A model generated the notes under the pieces. That model had not been told where the DNA came from and made no database searches. It was given only the letters and a program-made list of their open reading frames with translations. Below, one piece after another: positions 44,916 through 56,661 of a stretch of DNA of 64,000 nt. The DNA comes from Diplonema japonicum (lineage: Eukaryota; Protista; Euglenozoa: Diplonemea): assembly GCA_964019335.1 (NCBI GenBank), contig OZ025661.1:248001-312000 (forward strand). The letters run 5' to 3'. Position numbers and translations under genes: made by a program. The first letter of the stretch is position 1, and each line of letters opens with the position of its first letter.

Positions 44916-45037
44916 AGGGCTATGTTGGCAAGGAAAACTCGTTTTCAAGCTTTTTTTTTTCTTTTTTTTCTTCTTCGAAAAAAAAATAAAGAAAACGGAT
45001 ACGGAAACGTTTCCCCGTTTCTTGCCAACATAGCCCT
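44916..45037. mobile_element. About 122-bp MITE-like foldback element
   Basis: Perfect 17-bp inverted repeat AGGGCTATGTTGGCAAG (44916-32) / CTTGCCAACATAGCCCT (45021-37); YAGGG-type ends; no clear TSD. Confidence 0.55.
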
Positions 45038-45488
45038 AGGCATAGTAGTGATGCGAATCGGTTTTCGCCAGTATGATCTTTTGGTTTTTGGAGGAAGGTC
45101 GAGGTCAGGAAGCTCCTGATAGACGACGGGGCAGTGAAGTACATAGTTTTCAATTAGTTTGTAGTTATTCCGAAGATTTGCGAAAATGCGAATTGTTTTG
45201 CGAAAATTTAGGCTCAAGAGCTGGAAAATGCGAAAATGTGCGGTAGCCCATTCGTCACAACTATGCCTGGGGGGGGGGGGGGGGGGGGGGGGTCACGCAT
45301 AGAGAGGGAGTTTTTCATGATGAGTGGTGTTTTATTTAAGCAACGATCCCCACCAGCAAAAATAAAAAAAAAAACAAAAAAAAAAAAGAGAAGACATTTA
45401 GAAAAAAAGGTGGCGGGATGGGGGAACGACTCAAGGTGATGAGAAAAGGGAGGGGGAGAAAAGAACTGATTGTACAAGCCGAACACTA

Positions 45489-45531
<43 letters not shown>

Positions 45532-45991
45532 AAATACAATAGTTGAAAAAAAAAAGAAAGAAAGAAAAAAAGGAGACGGTCGCTGGAGGGGGGGGGTTCA
45601 CTTAAAGAACTCCGCCCCCTTTTTTTTTCCCATTATCAACACGTGGCAGGGGGGTTTGAAGAAAAAAAAAAAGAAGAATTGTATTCATTCCCCTGTGTAT
45701 ACCTCCTGCTCGTGTCGGCTGGTTAAAAAAGATTTTAAAATAAATAAAAAATAATAAGAAGCAAAACTAAATTACTGAAGAAATAACCCACCATAAAAGA
45801 AAAGGGGGTTGGCTTTGATGACTTGGAAGGATTTTTAATTTATGTGTTCCAAAAAAAATAAAAGTTTAACACGGCTACAGCCTGATAGAAAAATATATGA
45901 GCTCGTCCGGAAAGAAAAAAAAAAAAAACGCAGATGAGGTTCATATTCCTTTCTCTCTCTCTCTCTTTTTTTTTTTTTTTTTTGTAATTAA

Positions 45992-47606
45992 CCACTAAAG
46001 GACCATGAGGACATATGTGTCCTTAAGAAAAATTATCTTTTCTATGTGACACTTTTTGTGCCATACAGCCCCTGGACTTTACTAAGACCCATTGTTCCGC
46101 GATTTTTTTTTAATTTGAAATACCCTTTTGCGCGAAGAACAAACACAAAAACCCGTCCCCAAGGGGGTTGCTTGGTGTCCTTTTGTACTTGGTACTTGAG
46201 AGCAGCTTCTCAGGACCTTCTGAAGAGCTTCTTCCAACTCCAGCACCACCTCAGATGAGGGTGGTGTGCGTTGGGGGACAAATATCAACCGTATACCGGC
46301 CAAGAAACGACATGGTACAGGGGTCCAGCAACATCGAACAGCAACATGGATAGGCTACAACTTTTCAGTTTGTTTATCACAAACAGCTTGCTGAGGTCCA
46401 TTATCAGCTGTTCAAAGGTGTATGCCACATCCAAGGGCACCACATCCGACGCGGACGTGGTACAACTGAACACCTGGATCGCCGTCTGGGTACTGCCCGC
46501 CTTGATGGACGAAGTCTGCAGGGTGGGCGTTAAGGACTACTGGTCTACAAAGGAAGAGATTACAACGCCTTACATACTGCTGAACATTGATTCGCTCCTT
46601 CTCCCGCCTTAAGCACAGCGTTTTTCAACCGGCTAAACGCAAGCGCTATGGCTTTAAGGTGTACTCCGCCGCATTCATGCACAGGGTGCGCGCTTAACAT
46701 TAGAATTTACCCTGGTGGGGACCCAAAGGACACGGTACCATGTCTTCTTCGACAGTTCGAGCATCGTGGTCACTGGGTTGCGATGGATAATCTTTATTCT
46801 AATTACCAGTTCTTCTGCTCTCTTTTGAGTACGGGTATGCATGCTATCGGAGGTTCAGCGCAACAGAAAAATACAACCCCGTGGTTCAACTCCGGAAGAC
46901 GACAGTGGGCAGAAAAACGAAAAAGGAGGCCAGCAAACAAATCTCACGCCATGACATACGAGTCATGCGGCAGAGTTCGGACAGCATCCGGTTCCTCTTG
47001 TGGCACGGCCGTACTAAACCTGTGTTAACCTTTTCGGCCTTGCCTATAATTTTGCCTTTAATCTCTACGACTTTGCCTATAGTATGAAATTCACCTCAAG
47101 GCTGTGCCAAAAATATAAAAAAAAACAATTTTACACCTGCAAAACGTGCAATGTTGCCCTGTGCCCTGAGTGCTCTGAGATTTTTCATACAAAAAAGACT
47201 ACCCTGACATGATAAAATACCGACAATTCTGGGGACGCTTGAAAAAAAAAAATCCTCAAGGGCTTCAGCGTGCCGCCAGGACCCAATGTTGGAAGAAAAT
47301 CGACATCTGTAGAAGAAAAAAAAAGTGAGGGAGGCTGTCCCCCGCCCAAGCGCCCTCGAGTGGGTTGAGCAAAGTCGCTCGTGATGCTCAGTACTTTGTC
47401 GTATATTTCCTCTCCCGACCCCGTATGAACACTAAGTAAGCCCCCCTGCATGGAAAATAGACTGTTTTTTTTACCCCCTGGGTCACGTGCTTTTTAAAGG
47501 GTATAGTGTACTTTCCTATGGTTAAACTCTCGCATTTCTTTTTCCCGGGTTCACAAATAGACGGTCCTTGGCACTTTTTTCGCCAAAACCCCCGGTCCTT
47601 TAGTGG
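45992..47606 (+). mobile_element. Decayed piggyBac DNA transposon (family 2)
   Basis: 13-bp TIR CCACTAAAGGACC at both ends with TTAA duplications (45988-91, 47607-10). Plus-strand transposase remnants LFSLFIT, KDYWST and GHWVAMDNLYSN..L..TGMHAIG. Confidence 0.9.
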
Positions 47607-47684
47607 TTAATTTTTTTCTTTTCTTTCTACATTAAAAGAAGAGGAAGGGAGGGATCGCAAAGTCGGGATGGGTGGGGATGGAAG

Positions 47685-47717
<33 letters not shown>

Positions 47718-48397
47718 ACATTTAGAAAAAAAAGTGTGCTCTATTTGGAAAGGGTCTACCTAATTCTTTTTTTTTAAAACCAGAAAACCCACATTAAGAT
47801 CTACATCAAATTTTTTTTTCTTCGATTATTTAATATCTTGAGCCGTTACGAGGTAGAGGGAAGCTAAAGAGGGAAAAGGGGGAGGGAGGGAGGGGGAAGC
47901 ACAAACTTAGGGAGGGGAAGATAAGAAAAAAGTTTTTTTTTCCTTCTTCTTTTTTCCCCCCCCTCCCTTCCCTTCTACAATTATTTAAAAAGGCCTACCT
48001 ATTGCAAAAATAAAGGGGGAGCCACCTAGAAGGGCTTTTTTTTTTCTTCCTGTTGATGCTACAGGCGACAAGGAAACACGTGTGGAGGGAAGGAAGGAGA
48101 GGGAGGGAGGGAAGGGGTTTGTGCAAACATTTCAGTTTTCCTTCTCATCCTTTTTTTTTTTTTTTTTTTAATTTTTTGCAAGAACGAGTTGACTTTGTCT
48201 AAACAAAAGGGGAACGTTGGAAACGTGTTCGGGTTTATAAACTTCTCCAGGTTTCTACCCAGTACAAGGCCCAGCTCCTCTTTTTTTTTTTTTTTTCTTC
48301 GTCTTTTAGGAATTTTTATAAAAAATAATAATAATAATAATAATAAAGAGGGACGTTTTCTATTTTTTTTTTCTTTTCCCCCCAACCTTTTTTTTTT

Positions 48398-49219
48398 TCA
48401 TGCCTCCCCAAAAGAGAACTTTTTAAGATACGAAAAACCCCGAGCCATGTTCGACCCAGGACCGTCGGTGAGCACAGAACAGAAAGACGACACAGCCTCA
48501 AGCTTGGGTTCTTCTTCTTCAGGCAGTACCCTTCTTATGCTAACCGGTCGGAAGGAAGGGTTATCAGAGGGCCTCATCGTAAAGGAGCTGAAGTCCACCT
48601 CGAACTCTACAGTGTCAATCCTCACTGTCGGTGCACTTGTGTTGCTACATCTACCCTTTTCACCCATGTAGTAGAACTCCATTTCAAAACTGTTCACAAT
48701 GGTCTCCCACTCTCCCGGAAGGTTCTCGTACTCCCACTGGGTTTTTGAGTAGGGGTGGTACTCCTCGTTGTCATCCTTTTTGTTAGGTTTTTCTTCTTCG
48801 GGTTCGAGAAGGCTCAGGACGGGTTGCGTTGCGGACAGTTGGGGTCTATCTCCATCAGATTTTTTAATAGTCTTCTTCCTCCGCCTTGTGGTGGGCACTG
48901 AGCTCCTTCTAGTTACCTTTTGCTTCAGCGCTGGTGTTTCCAACAGTGTTTTAGAACGCATTCTGGAAGGAGCAACTGCTGGGGCATCCATTGTAGTTTT
49001 TGAACGCACTCTGATCGGAGTTGCCGCTGGTTTCTTCACAGGGGCCGCTACCCTTGGTGTCCTCGGTGTCCCTACCCTTGGAGTCTGTCCCACCCCCCTC
49101 GGGGTTTTTGGCGGGACCAACCCCGCCACTCGCGGTACCTTCTTCACCGTCTTTTCCTTCCCTTCCAGAGATCCATTTTTCCCTTGGGCCTGCTGACCCC
49201 GCGATGATGCGAGAGGCAT
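48398..49219 (-). CDS. Basic low-complexity protein with a C-terminal WWE-like domain
   Basis: WEYENLPGEW..EMEFYY..FEVDFSSFTM..IRR fits the WWE pattern. Confidence 0.7.
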   Translation of the reverse strand: MPLASSRGQQAQGKNGSLEGKEKTVKKVPRVAGLVPPKTPRGVGQTPRVGTPRTPRVAAPVKKPAATPIRVRSKTTMDAPAVAPSRMRSKTLLETPALKQKVTRRSSVPTTRRRKKTIKKSDGDRPQLSATQPVLSLLEPEEEKPNKKDDNEEYHPYSKTQWEYENLPGEWETIVNSFEMEFYYMGEKGRCSNTSAPTVRIDTVEFEVDFSSFTMRPSDNPSFRPVSIRRVLPEEEEPKLEAVSSFCSVLTDGPGSNMARGFSYLKKFSFGEA

Positions 49220-49844
49220 TTTTTTTTTTTAATACCCTTCTTTTCTGTGGTAGAAATAATAAACAAGTGTATACCGAGGAGGCGAGACGATGGAAGAAGA
49301 GGATCGAAAAGAAAAGAATACGTTGGTCCCGTTTTATCGAAAGGAAGGGAAGGCTCAGAACCCAAAAGGCATGAGACAATGGACCAGAAAAAAGAAAAGG
49401 AGCCGGGGGGTCGGTCGGTCACTTATCATCAGGCATTGGAAATAAGAGAGAAGGGAAAGGAAAGGAAAGGAAGAAGGAAAAGAAGAGAGAGGGGTCGGCA
49501 CGCTATTCTCTTTTTGTGCGCAACATACGGGAAAGAAAAACTGTAAAAAATCTTTCTTAATTTGATTTCGGGGACGCACAATGCTGCAAATTTCACTCGT
49601 GGACAAAAACAAAAGCAAAATGCCAAAATGGAGACGGGGAGGGGAGGGGAGGGTGACATGGTCAAAGTCTTCAGCGCTTGTCACAACTCGTGTTAGGACC
49701 ATATGAAAACATTACTTATATTTAATATAACATGGTTCAGTGCTCCAATATATCAATATAAAAATAAAAAGAGACCACCCAAGCACTGCCCAAAAAAAAA
49801 AAAAAAAACGGAGTGGGCACGGGGGAGGGGGAGAGCGTTCCTGT

Positions 49845-51326
49845 TTACAGCTTGCTGCGCATGTGCAACGCATTGAGGATGTTTGCATAGCTCCACGTGA
49901 GGCCGAAGGCGGAGAGCTGGTACCCATCATTCTTGTCGATCTGCTCATAGACAACACCGTTCCCCTGCACATGGTAGTGCACACGGGTCATGATGGAGTC
50001 GCCAGCCGCCTTTGCAGAGGCAATGAGCTGAGCAGGGGTGTCGGCCTTCAGGTGCTCCCTCCACCCACGGAACTCTTCTGTCTTAAATGGCATCTCCCTT
50101 GCAGTGCCCTGGTACGCGTTGTGGGCCCCCACCCCGTGTGCCACCTTGTAGTACAGCTCCGCCATCGCTGTGGACAGCAGCTGCCACGGGTTCCCGCCAC
50201 CGTACTTGTCGTTGGGGTACCTCCCAATCAGCACCCCTGGCACGCCGTTCTTGGTGTCCTTGTTGTTGATCGGGTACTGCGCGCAGAACACCTGCTCGTA
50301 GAACGCCACCGTCTTCGCAGCCTTGTCCCCCAGCGGGCCGTACTCCGTGTCGTTCCCACCGAAGCTAGCAATGGCGTGGATCACCGACCCGTCCACCTCC
50401 CTTATTGTCGCCTCGAAGAAGTAGTACCCGTTCCAGTGCCCTGCGAGGGAGCTCCTGACAGTCGCTGCCGTCGCTTTGTACTGTGCTGCGTCAGACGTCT
50501 CGCCGATCTTCGTGAAGAACGCCGCTGCCTCGTTCAAGGCGTGCACGTACGCCATGCGGTTCCAGAAGAAGTCTGTGGACTGGACCTCCTCCCACAGGTC
50601 GCACCCGTTGGACTGCCAGTTGTTCACAACCCACCCAAGGTCTGTCTTGATAAGTTCCACCACCTCTGCTACCTCGGCATTGAGACCTTGTTTGTTAAGG
50701 ATCTCACCCCACACGGTCATGGAGTTGGCGCGCAGGGCGGGGCCGTCTGTCTGGGGCCTGCACCACCCGCCGGTGTAGGGGGTCCCGGAAGGGACTTCGA
50801 ACTTGGGTTCTGTCAGGACGTTGATGTTGTTGGGGTCCTGCTCGTGCTGACGTGCCTTCACCCAACCCGTGTAGGCTGTCATGACCGTCTTCACCTCAGT
50901 GTAGGAGTCGTTGCTGGTCTTCATGAAGGCTGCGGTGGAGAGCCCAGCATCACGCATCCAGTGGTAGTAGTACGACCCACCGCCGTTCACCATGGTGTCA
51001 GGGGAGGCGATGACACCCCCACTCCCATCGACGTTGAGGTTGTTCTTGAAGTTGGCTTTCATCTCAGATATGAACCCGGGTGTGAACCCAGTGCCGGAGG
51101 CTGTCATCTTCAACTCACCACATGCGTCCACCCCAGCAGGGAAGAAGCACCAAGGAGTCTGTGAGCCCATCCCTGCAGGCGACCAGCAGCACCCACTCGC
51201 CTCACATTGCTGCTGGTTCGTCCCGATATGCCCGCAGTCCACTTTGTCCGCGTCGGGGACGCTGCACTGTGCACCGAGCACCAGAATAGGGAGTGCTGTT
51301 AGTAACATTGTTTTCCTTCTTGTCAT
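49845..51326 (-). CDS. Secreted GH15 glucoamylase with an N-terminal trefoil (P-type) domain
   Basis: Trefoil DCG..TNQQQCEASGCCW..PWCF; GH15 motifs YYYHWMRDA, WCRPQTDGPALRA, DLWEEV, IGRYPND.Y.GGNPW, EQ..SA..LTWSYA. Confidence 0.93.
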   Translation of the reverse strand: MTRRKTMLLTALPILVLGAQCSVPDADKVDCGHIGTNQQQCEASGCCWSPAGMGSQTPWCFFPAGVDACGELKMTASGTGFTPGFISEMKANFKNNLNVDGSGGVIASPDTMVNGGGSYYYHWMRDAGLSTAAFMKTSNDSYTEVKTVMTAYTGWVKARQHEQDPNNINVLTEPKFEVPSGTPYTGGWCRPQTDGPALRANSMTVWGEILNKQGLNAEVAEVVELIKTDLGWVVNNWQSNGCDLWEEVQSTDFFWNRMAYVHALNEAAAFFTKIGETSDAAQYKATAATVRSSLAGHWNGYYFFEATIREVDGSVIHAIASFGGNDTEYGPLGDKAAKTVAFYEQVFCAQYPINNKDTKNGVPGVLIGRYPNDKYGGGNPWQLLSTAMAELYYKVAHGVGAHNAYQGTAREMPFKTEEFRGWREHLKADTPAQLIASAKAAGDSIMTRVHYHVQGNGVVYEQIDKNDGYQLSAFGLTWSYANILNALHMRSKL

Positions 51327-51491
51327 TTACGGCATTGTCTGGTTCACATGAAATACAAATAGGGGGGGGGGGGGGGGGGGGGGCTGCTTTTCAATGCAAA
51401 TAACGATGCGTATGAAGGGAAACACTGGAGGGGGAGGAAAAAAGAAAGAAAAGGAATCTCCCTCAGGATGATAGCAACTGTCCCCGACTCA

Positions 51492-52406
51492 TTACGCGCT
51501 TTTGACCATTTTAGCGACTTCATCTGCGAAGCTGTCGCCCCCCACCTCGATGCCTTCCCCGCAGCGCCACAAGAGCGTCTGCCCGATCTGTTGTGTGATG
51601 GATTGACAAAAAATATTTTTATATACCTCAATTTTTTTACACCCCGCCTGCTTGGCCATGCCCTTCAGATACCCACCAACAGTTTTCTCCGTTTGCATGA
51701 AGTTCTGCTCCCTAAGAGGGGTGTCTTTCTCAGATGACAACGACTCGGCCACAATGTGCTGCGACACTTGAGTCGCAGCCTTCTGCAGGGCTTCCGGGTT
51801 GCGGAGGGCGGGTGTGGCAGTAAGCTGTACAAGGGCACAGGTCAGACCTGCAGCGCTGTAGGAAGACTTGTTGTGGATGTAAAAGCCGTAGGATGTATCA
51901 GGGAGTGTGGGGAAGAACAATGCCCTCCTGATGTGGTGTTTTTCGCCTGTGGTAGCCATGCCTTTTACGAGGGTCGCTCCAATAGTAGGCTCGGCGCGAA
52001 GCGCAGAGGCGACCTCTTCCTCTCCCTTGGCTGTGGTGAGGTCAAGGTTTTCAGCCTGCTTCTGGACAAGCTTGAAAATGTCTATGAAACCGTCTGTCTT
52101 TGCAACAAAGTCGCTCTCGCTGTTCAACTCGTACACCAGCGCGCCCTTCTCCCCGAGGCCTACTCCTACGAGGCCGTTTGCCGCGGTCCTCCTCTTCGTC
52201 TTGTCTGCCTTTGCGATACCCCTCTCCTTCAGCCATTCAATCGCCCCATCGATCTCCCACTCATTCCCCACTAGCGCCTTCTTGCAGTCCATCAGGCCTG
52301 CTGACGTGATCCTCCTCAGCTCCTGCACCTTCGCCATCATCTGCTTCTTGTCCATCCCTGCGCTGCACCACCTCATCTGCTCCATGAGCCCTGCTCTTCT
52401 CAACAT
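51492..52406 (-). CDS. TSFM: Mitochondrial translation elongation factor Ts; probable 39-nt intron
   Basis: Transit peptide MLRR; ELRRITSAGLMDCKKAL, ELNSESDFVAK, C-terminal GEGIE..SFADEV. Confidence 0.92.
   Translation of the reverse strand: MLRRAGLMEQMRWCSAGMDKKQMMAKVQELRRITSAGLMDCKKALVGNEWEIDGAIEWLKERGIAKADKTKRRTAANGLVGVGLGEKGALVYELNSESDFVAKTDGFIDIFKLVQKQAENLDLTTAKGEEEVASALRAEPTIGATLVKGMATTGEKHHIRRALFFPTLPDTSYGFYIHNKSSYSAAGLTCALVQLTATPALRNPEALQKAATQVSQHIVAESLSSEKDTPLREQNFMQTEKTVGGYLKGMAKQAGCKKIEVYKNIFCQSITQQIGQTLLWRCGEGIEVGGDSFADEVAKMVKSA
51588..51626 (-). other. 39-nt in-frame GT-AG intron (A/C-rich acceptor)
   Basis: AT-rich GTATATAAAAA..CACACAACAG; removal tightens the EF-Ts C-terminal strand. 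It has no stop, so it is not forced. Confidence 0.7.
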
Positions 52407-52594
52407 TTTCTTTTTTTCTTTTTTAGATCACTAATTTTCTGATGGTAAAAACAATATAGTAAACGTGAAACAAAAGAATGCCACTAGCAGTGAATTCGGG
52501 AACGAGAAAGACAGGATGTCTGTAAAAAGAAGAAGAAGAAAAAAAGCAGTCTACCTTCTTCACTTATTTTTCTCTTTTTTTTCTTTTTTGCGTT

Positions 52595-53818
52595 TCAAAA
52601 AGCATCACCGTGTGTAAACACGAGTCTGTTGGACCTTGCAGCAGCGGCTTCTCTGCTTTTACTGGGAAAACCGGTATGGGATCTGCACGCCATTCTTGAA
52701 AAGAACAGCTGGGAAGGTTCCGGAGGGGGCTTCGGTGTGAATTCTTCTTTGGGAGCTGACAACCGTGAGGTATACTCCTTGAGAAAGGTCGAAGCGGTGG
52801 GGCACGAAGAAGGCCAAGGATACCGAAGAGGAAGCTGCTTCTTGCGAACGAGAGATTTGATAGCACGCGGAACCGAACGGTCGGTGGTGAGGATATACCA
52901 AGGAGGGGGCTTGGGAGTGGACACACCCTGAATGATACGCAAAGGTGACTGCTGATTCAAGTAATTCATCGCATTTAACAACAACCGGTGAACGCGGGCT
53001 GTGGTGCACCGCCGGCTTCGTTCTATCGCCTTTGCCTCCACCTTTTCCTCTTTCGAAGCTGCGTACTCTAAAATCTCCTTTGCCCGCTCCGGTGTGAACA
53101 TCAAAGTCACAGCACCACTACCACACGCGTACAACGAAGTAGAGTCAACAGTGGACTCCAAGTCTTCACCATGTATCTTGTACGCACGGATGTACACAGG
53201 CCGCCCACCATGCCGCTTCAACACAACCTCTCCTCTAACAACGACAAAGAGGGATCTGTTCAAGGAACATCCACGCATCACGATGCACTGGTGTGGGAGG
53301 TCGTATCGAATAGTTGCCTCACAAAGCGCCCATCTGATGGTTTCTTGTGGGACGATGTTCCCCTCGGCGAGGGTGCAGCATGATAAGAGATCGTTCCCTT
53401 CAGGGAGAAAATTGCCTTCGCTGATATCCGCGAGGCTTTTCGCGGCTTTGTTCCGACGGACTCGCAAGCGGATCATGGGGTACAGGATTCTTATAATCCT
53501 GTTCACGGCGACGGCTTGGATCGACACCTTCACGTCTTCAGGGAGCGCAGAATACTGCGGGTCCCATCCTGCAAGGAGCGGTACCCCGAAGAGATCGTAG
53601 CAGATTTCTGGCAACGCGAGCGACGGTTTTTTCAAGAATGTGCGTTTCGCGTGACAGATAGTGGTCACCACCTTCAGGATTGTCGAGAAAGGACCGGTAT
53701 CAGTGTCGCTGCCCGTGCCCGAAGCCCCTTCCTCGCTTGTGATGTCACCTTCAGAGGCAAGAACCAATTCCGGAATATACTGCGAGAACAGGCTACGCTT
53801 CGTGCGAAGTCCAACCAT
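52595..53818 (-). CDS. Hypothetical protein with a possible degenerate cNMP-binding-like domain
   Basis: 407-aa ORF in a GC-rich island; IVMRG..SLFVVVRGEVVL..HGE resembles a CNBD beta-roll. Confidence 0.65.
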   Translation of the reverse strand: MVGLRTKRSLFSQYIPELVLASEGDITSEEGASGTGSDTDTGPFSTILKVVTTICHAKRTFLKKPSLALPEICYDLFGVPLLAGWDPQYSALPEDVKVSIQAVAVNRIIRILYPMIRLRVRRNKAAKSLADISEGNFLPEGNDLLSCCTLAEGNIVPQETIRWALCEATIRYDLPHQCIVMRGCSLNRSLFVVVRGEVVLKRHGGRPVYIRAYKIHGEDLESTVDSTSLYACGSGAVTLMFTPERAKEILEYAASKEEKVEAKAIERSRRCTTARVHRLLLNAMNYLNQQSPLRIIQGVSTPKPPPWYILTTDRSVPRAIKSLVRKKQLPLRYPWPSSCPTASTFLKEYTSRLSAPKEEFTPKPPPEPSQLFFSRMACRSHTGFPSKSREAAAARSNRLVFTHGDAF

Positions 53819-53903
53819 CCCGACCTTCCTTTGTTTAGTATTAGGCCAAAAACAAAAAAAAAGAAGAGAATAAAAAAAAAAAGAAGAATCCTTTAAGAAT
53901 GGT

Positions 53904-54545
53904 TCACTCCTCGATCAGCAAGCTGTCGTACATCATCTCGCACGACAGTTTGATCTCCTGCTGTGCCCCTTCGTGGAGCTGCTCGACCATAACAGCAGGG
54001 TTCCCTCGCCAGCGGGTGAACGGAGGTATTGTAGTGTACGGGGGGACCACACTGTCATTGTCGATGACGACGCACGACCGTATGCTGCAGTGCCGCCCCA
54101 CAACACAGTCGTCACCAATGAGCGCGAAATTCGGAACGGAAGAGTTTATGTGCGAATTGCTTCCTATGGATACGTAGTTTCCTATCTTTATGGGGTAGTA
54201 GGAGACAGTGCCCTTTCGCGGCTTTGGGAAGGGCCTTATCACAGAGCGTGTACCTAGCAAACAGTAGGCCCCCACGTACACGGTAGCCAGGTCCGCCCTT
54301 ATGAGGCACTCTTCGCGTACTATGCAGTTTTCTTTCATGGTTATCCGTTTCAGTCCGCATAGGACTGCGGTTTTTGCTATTTTCCCCCCTCTTGACGTCA
54401 GTCTGTACCCTTCTTTGCCTTTTCTCACCGGCTCCAGGGCACAGTCCCCCAGAACCACTCCTGCTTCACTTTCTCCCTCGGCTTGCCGTATGGCTATATG
54501 AGGTGCAGGTGGTGGTGTCGTTTGGTCTGCAGCTGCGTCGCTCAT
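53904..54545 (-). CDS. DCTN5: Dynactin subunit 5 (p25), left-handed beta-helix
   Basis: LCG..I....IIRADLA-like segment, YYPIKIGNYVSIG, VVPPYTTIPPF..GNPA hexapeptide repeats. Start placed at MSDAAAD. Confidence 0.88.
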   Translation of the reverse strand: MSDAAADQTTPPPAPHIAIRQAEGESEAGVVLGDCALEPVRKGKEGYRLTSRGGKIAKTAVLCGLKRITMKENCIVREECLIRADLATVYVGAYCLLGTRSVIRPFPKPRKGTVSYYPIKIGNYVSIGSNSHINSSVPNFALIGDDCVVGRHCSIRSCVVIDNDSVVPPYTTIPPFTRWRGNPAVMVEQLHEGAQQEIKLSCEMMYDSLLIEE

Positions 54546-54977
54546 TTTCTTTTTTTTTTTTCTTTCCCCTCCCACCCACCCCTTTTATTTATCTACATAT
54601 TTTTGAACAGAACGGCGGGATAGACAAAGGGGTAATAAGGTGTTGCAGGGGATGGAACATTGTAGGGACGGTGGAACAGGGGCATAAAAAAGAATTGGGA
54701 AATGTTGCACCTGGGGGGGTTTGAGAAGGAGGGAAAACAAAAGGGGGAGGGGGGGGAATCACCGTTAAAAAACACCCCCCCCCCTCCCCAACCTTCACCA
54801 GCCTATATAAAAATAAAACAAAAAAATACCCTCCCCACCCTCACTTCCCTCCTTTTTTTAAAATATCGTCACCCCCCCCCCTTCTTTTTTTCTAAACGTG
54901 TATTTGTTTTCGTTGTATTTTTTTTTCTTCGTTTGCCACACTCCCCCCCCCCCCCCCCCCCCCCCTCCCGAAAAATC

Positions 54978-55409
54978 TTACATCTGCCGGCCCCTACCAG
55001 CAGGGAAGGAAGGTAGATTATCGCACGGACCTCGGCAGATGTGGACCCGCAACATAACACCCACGTTGTACTTGACACCGCGATCTTTTGCAGACAAAAA
55101 GAGATTTCTACGCGTTGCAGCCTTGGCAGACCAGTCGTTGTACATGGCAGAGGGGCTGGAGCCGGTGCTCCCGGGTGCCCCGGCAACGCCCATAGGCCTC
55201 GATGATGCCTCTTTCTCTGAGATTAGCACCCGTGCGAGCACTCCAGTGCTCAGGGGTCTCGGTCGGTCAGCCGACATCGTCTGCGGCCCTGCCACCACCC
55301 AGTTCACCTTTCTCAGCAGCTGCTCAACATCGTACTGCACACAATCATCTTCTAACGCAGGAGACGTGAACTCTCCCCACACGAAATTGGCCGTCATCAC
55401 TTGCGTCAT
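54978..55409 (-). CDS. Hypothetical protein (about 143 aa)
   Basis: ORF coincides with a GC-rich island; the ATG follows an A-rich UTR like the other genes; no family recognised. Confidence 0.6.
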   Translation of the reverse strand: MTQVMTANFVWGEFTSPALEDDCVQYDVEQLLRKVNWVVAGPQTMSADRPRPLSTGVLARVLISEKEASSRPMGVAGAPGSTGSSPSAMYNDWSAKAATRRNLFLSAKDRGVKYNVGVMLRVHICRGPCDNLPSFPAGRGRQM

Positions 55410-56028
55410 CTTTTTTTTCTTCCTCTTTCTTTTTTTTTTTTTTTCAAACAATCTTTTCGCGCTCTCCCAACCTGGTTTTTTTTGGGGGGGGGTTTCTTTC
55501 ACACAGGAGCTCATATATAGAAGAAAAGAAAAAGAAAGCAGAACAGTGGCGGGGAAGGGGATACGGAGGGGGGAGGGGGACGAGAAGAAAGGAATATAAA
55601 AGAGAAAAAAAAAAGAGATATCGGGTATAAACGGTATTGGCCTTTTGGGGAGGGGGTGTTATTAACCTCTCGGAAAAAAGAATATTCTAAGGTGCCTCAC
55701 CAGAAGGGGGTTTTTTCCCCCTCTTATTCCCTTCCTCTGAATTTGAAAGCTCTGGTGGGACATTTTAGATATTTTTGAAGGGGAAAAAAAAACTATACAA
55801 ATGGGGGGGTAAAAAATTGCCCCTCTTCCCCACCCGCACCCCCCCCCCCTTTATTCTTGTCTAGAAAAGGGAGAAAACAAAGGGGGGGGGGGGGGGGGAC
55901 AAATAGCAAACTCTCTTTTTCTTCTCTTCTTGTTGTTTTTTTTTTTTTTAAAAATAAACTCTATCTAATTTTTTTTATTGCTATTTTTTTTTTTCCCATT
56001 CCCATCCCCCCTCCCCCTACCCACTTAA

Positions 56029-56603
56029 TCACTGGTGATGAGACATATCGGATGCGGATCTTTGCAGCTGGAGAAGCAAAGAAGGGTTCTTCACTTTGAC
56101 TAGCGCATTAACGTCTTGAAGCCGCGTCTGCATCATGGCAAGGCGGGACTTCAAAGAGTTGTACCTGAAGGAAATGTGCTGCCGGATGATGTGTTCTGGG
56201 GACTCTTTAAAGGGAAGTGCGAGGAGCTCAACAAACTTGTACTCCATGTTCTGGATGAACTCAAGAACCGCGTTGCCGTCTCGCTGGATGATCAGCACCG
56301 CCATGTATGACTGTGGCTCCTTGATGCACTTGTTCAGCATTCTCATGAGAGTGGGCGCGAAATCTCTGAAGTCACACATTAGCTTTTGCTCCTCTTGAAG
56401 CGACTGGTAACCAACCGTGTTGATGTTACATGTGTAGTGAAAGAATAAGTCAGATTCTGAACTGAGCTCGATCCGAAGGGAAAGATGGTTGGAGTCCTCA
56501 CCCATCGAAAGTACCTTCACTTTGACACCTTCGGTGGTGCCAACGTCGTGGGGCTTCTCTGCACTTTCTTGCGTGCGAAGCTCGAACTGATTTTAAAAAA
56601 AAA

Positions 56604-56661
<58 letters not shown>

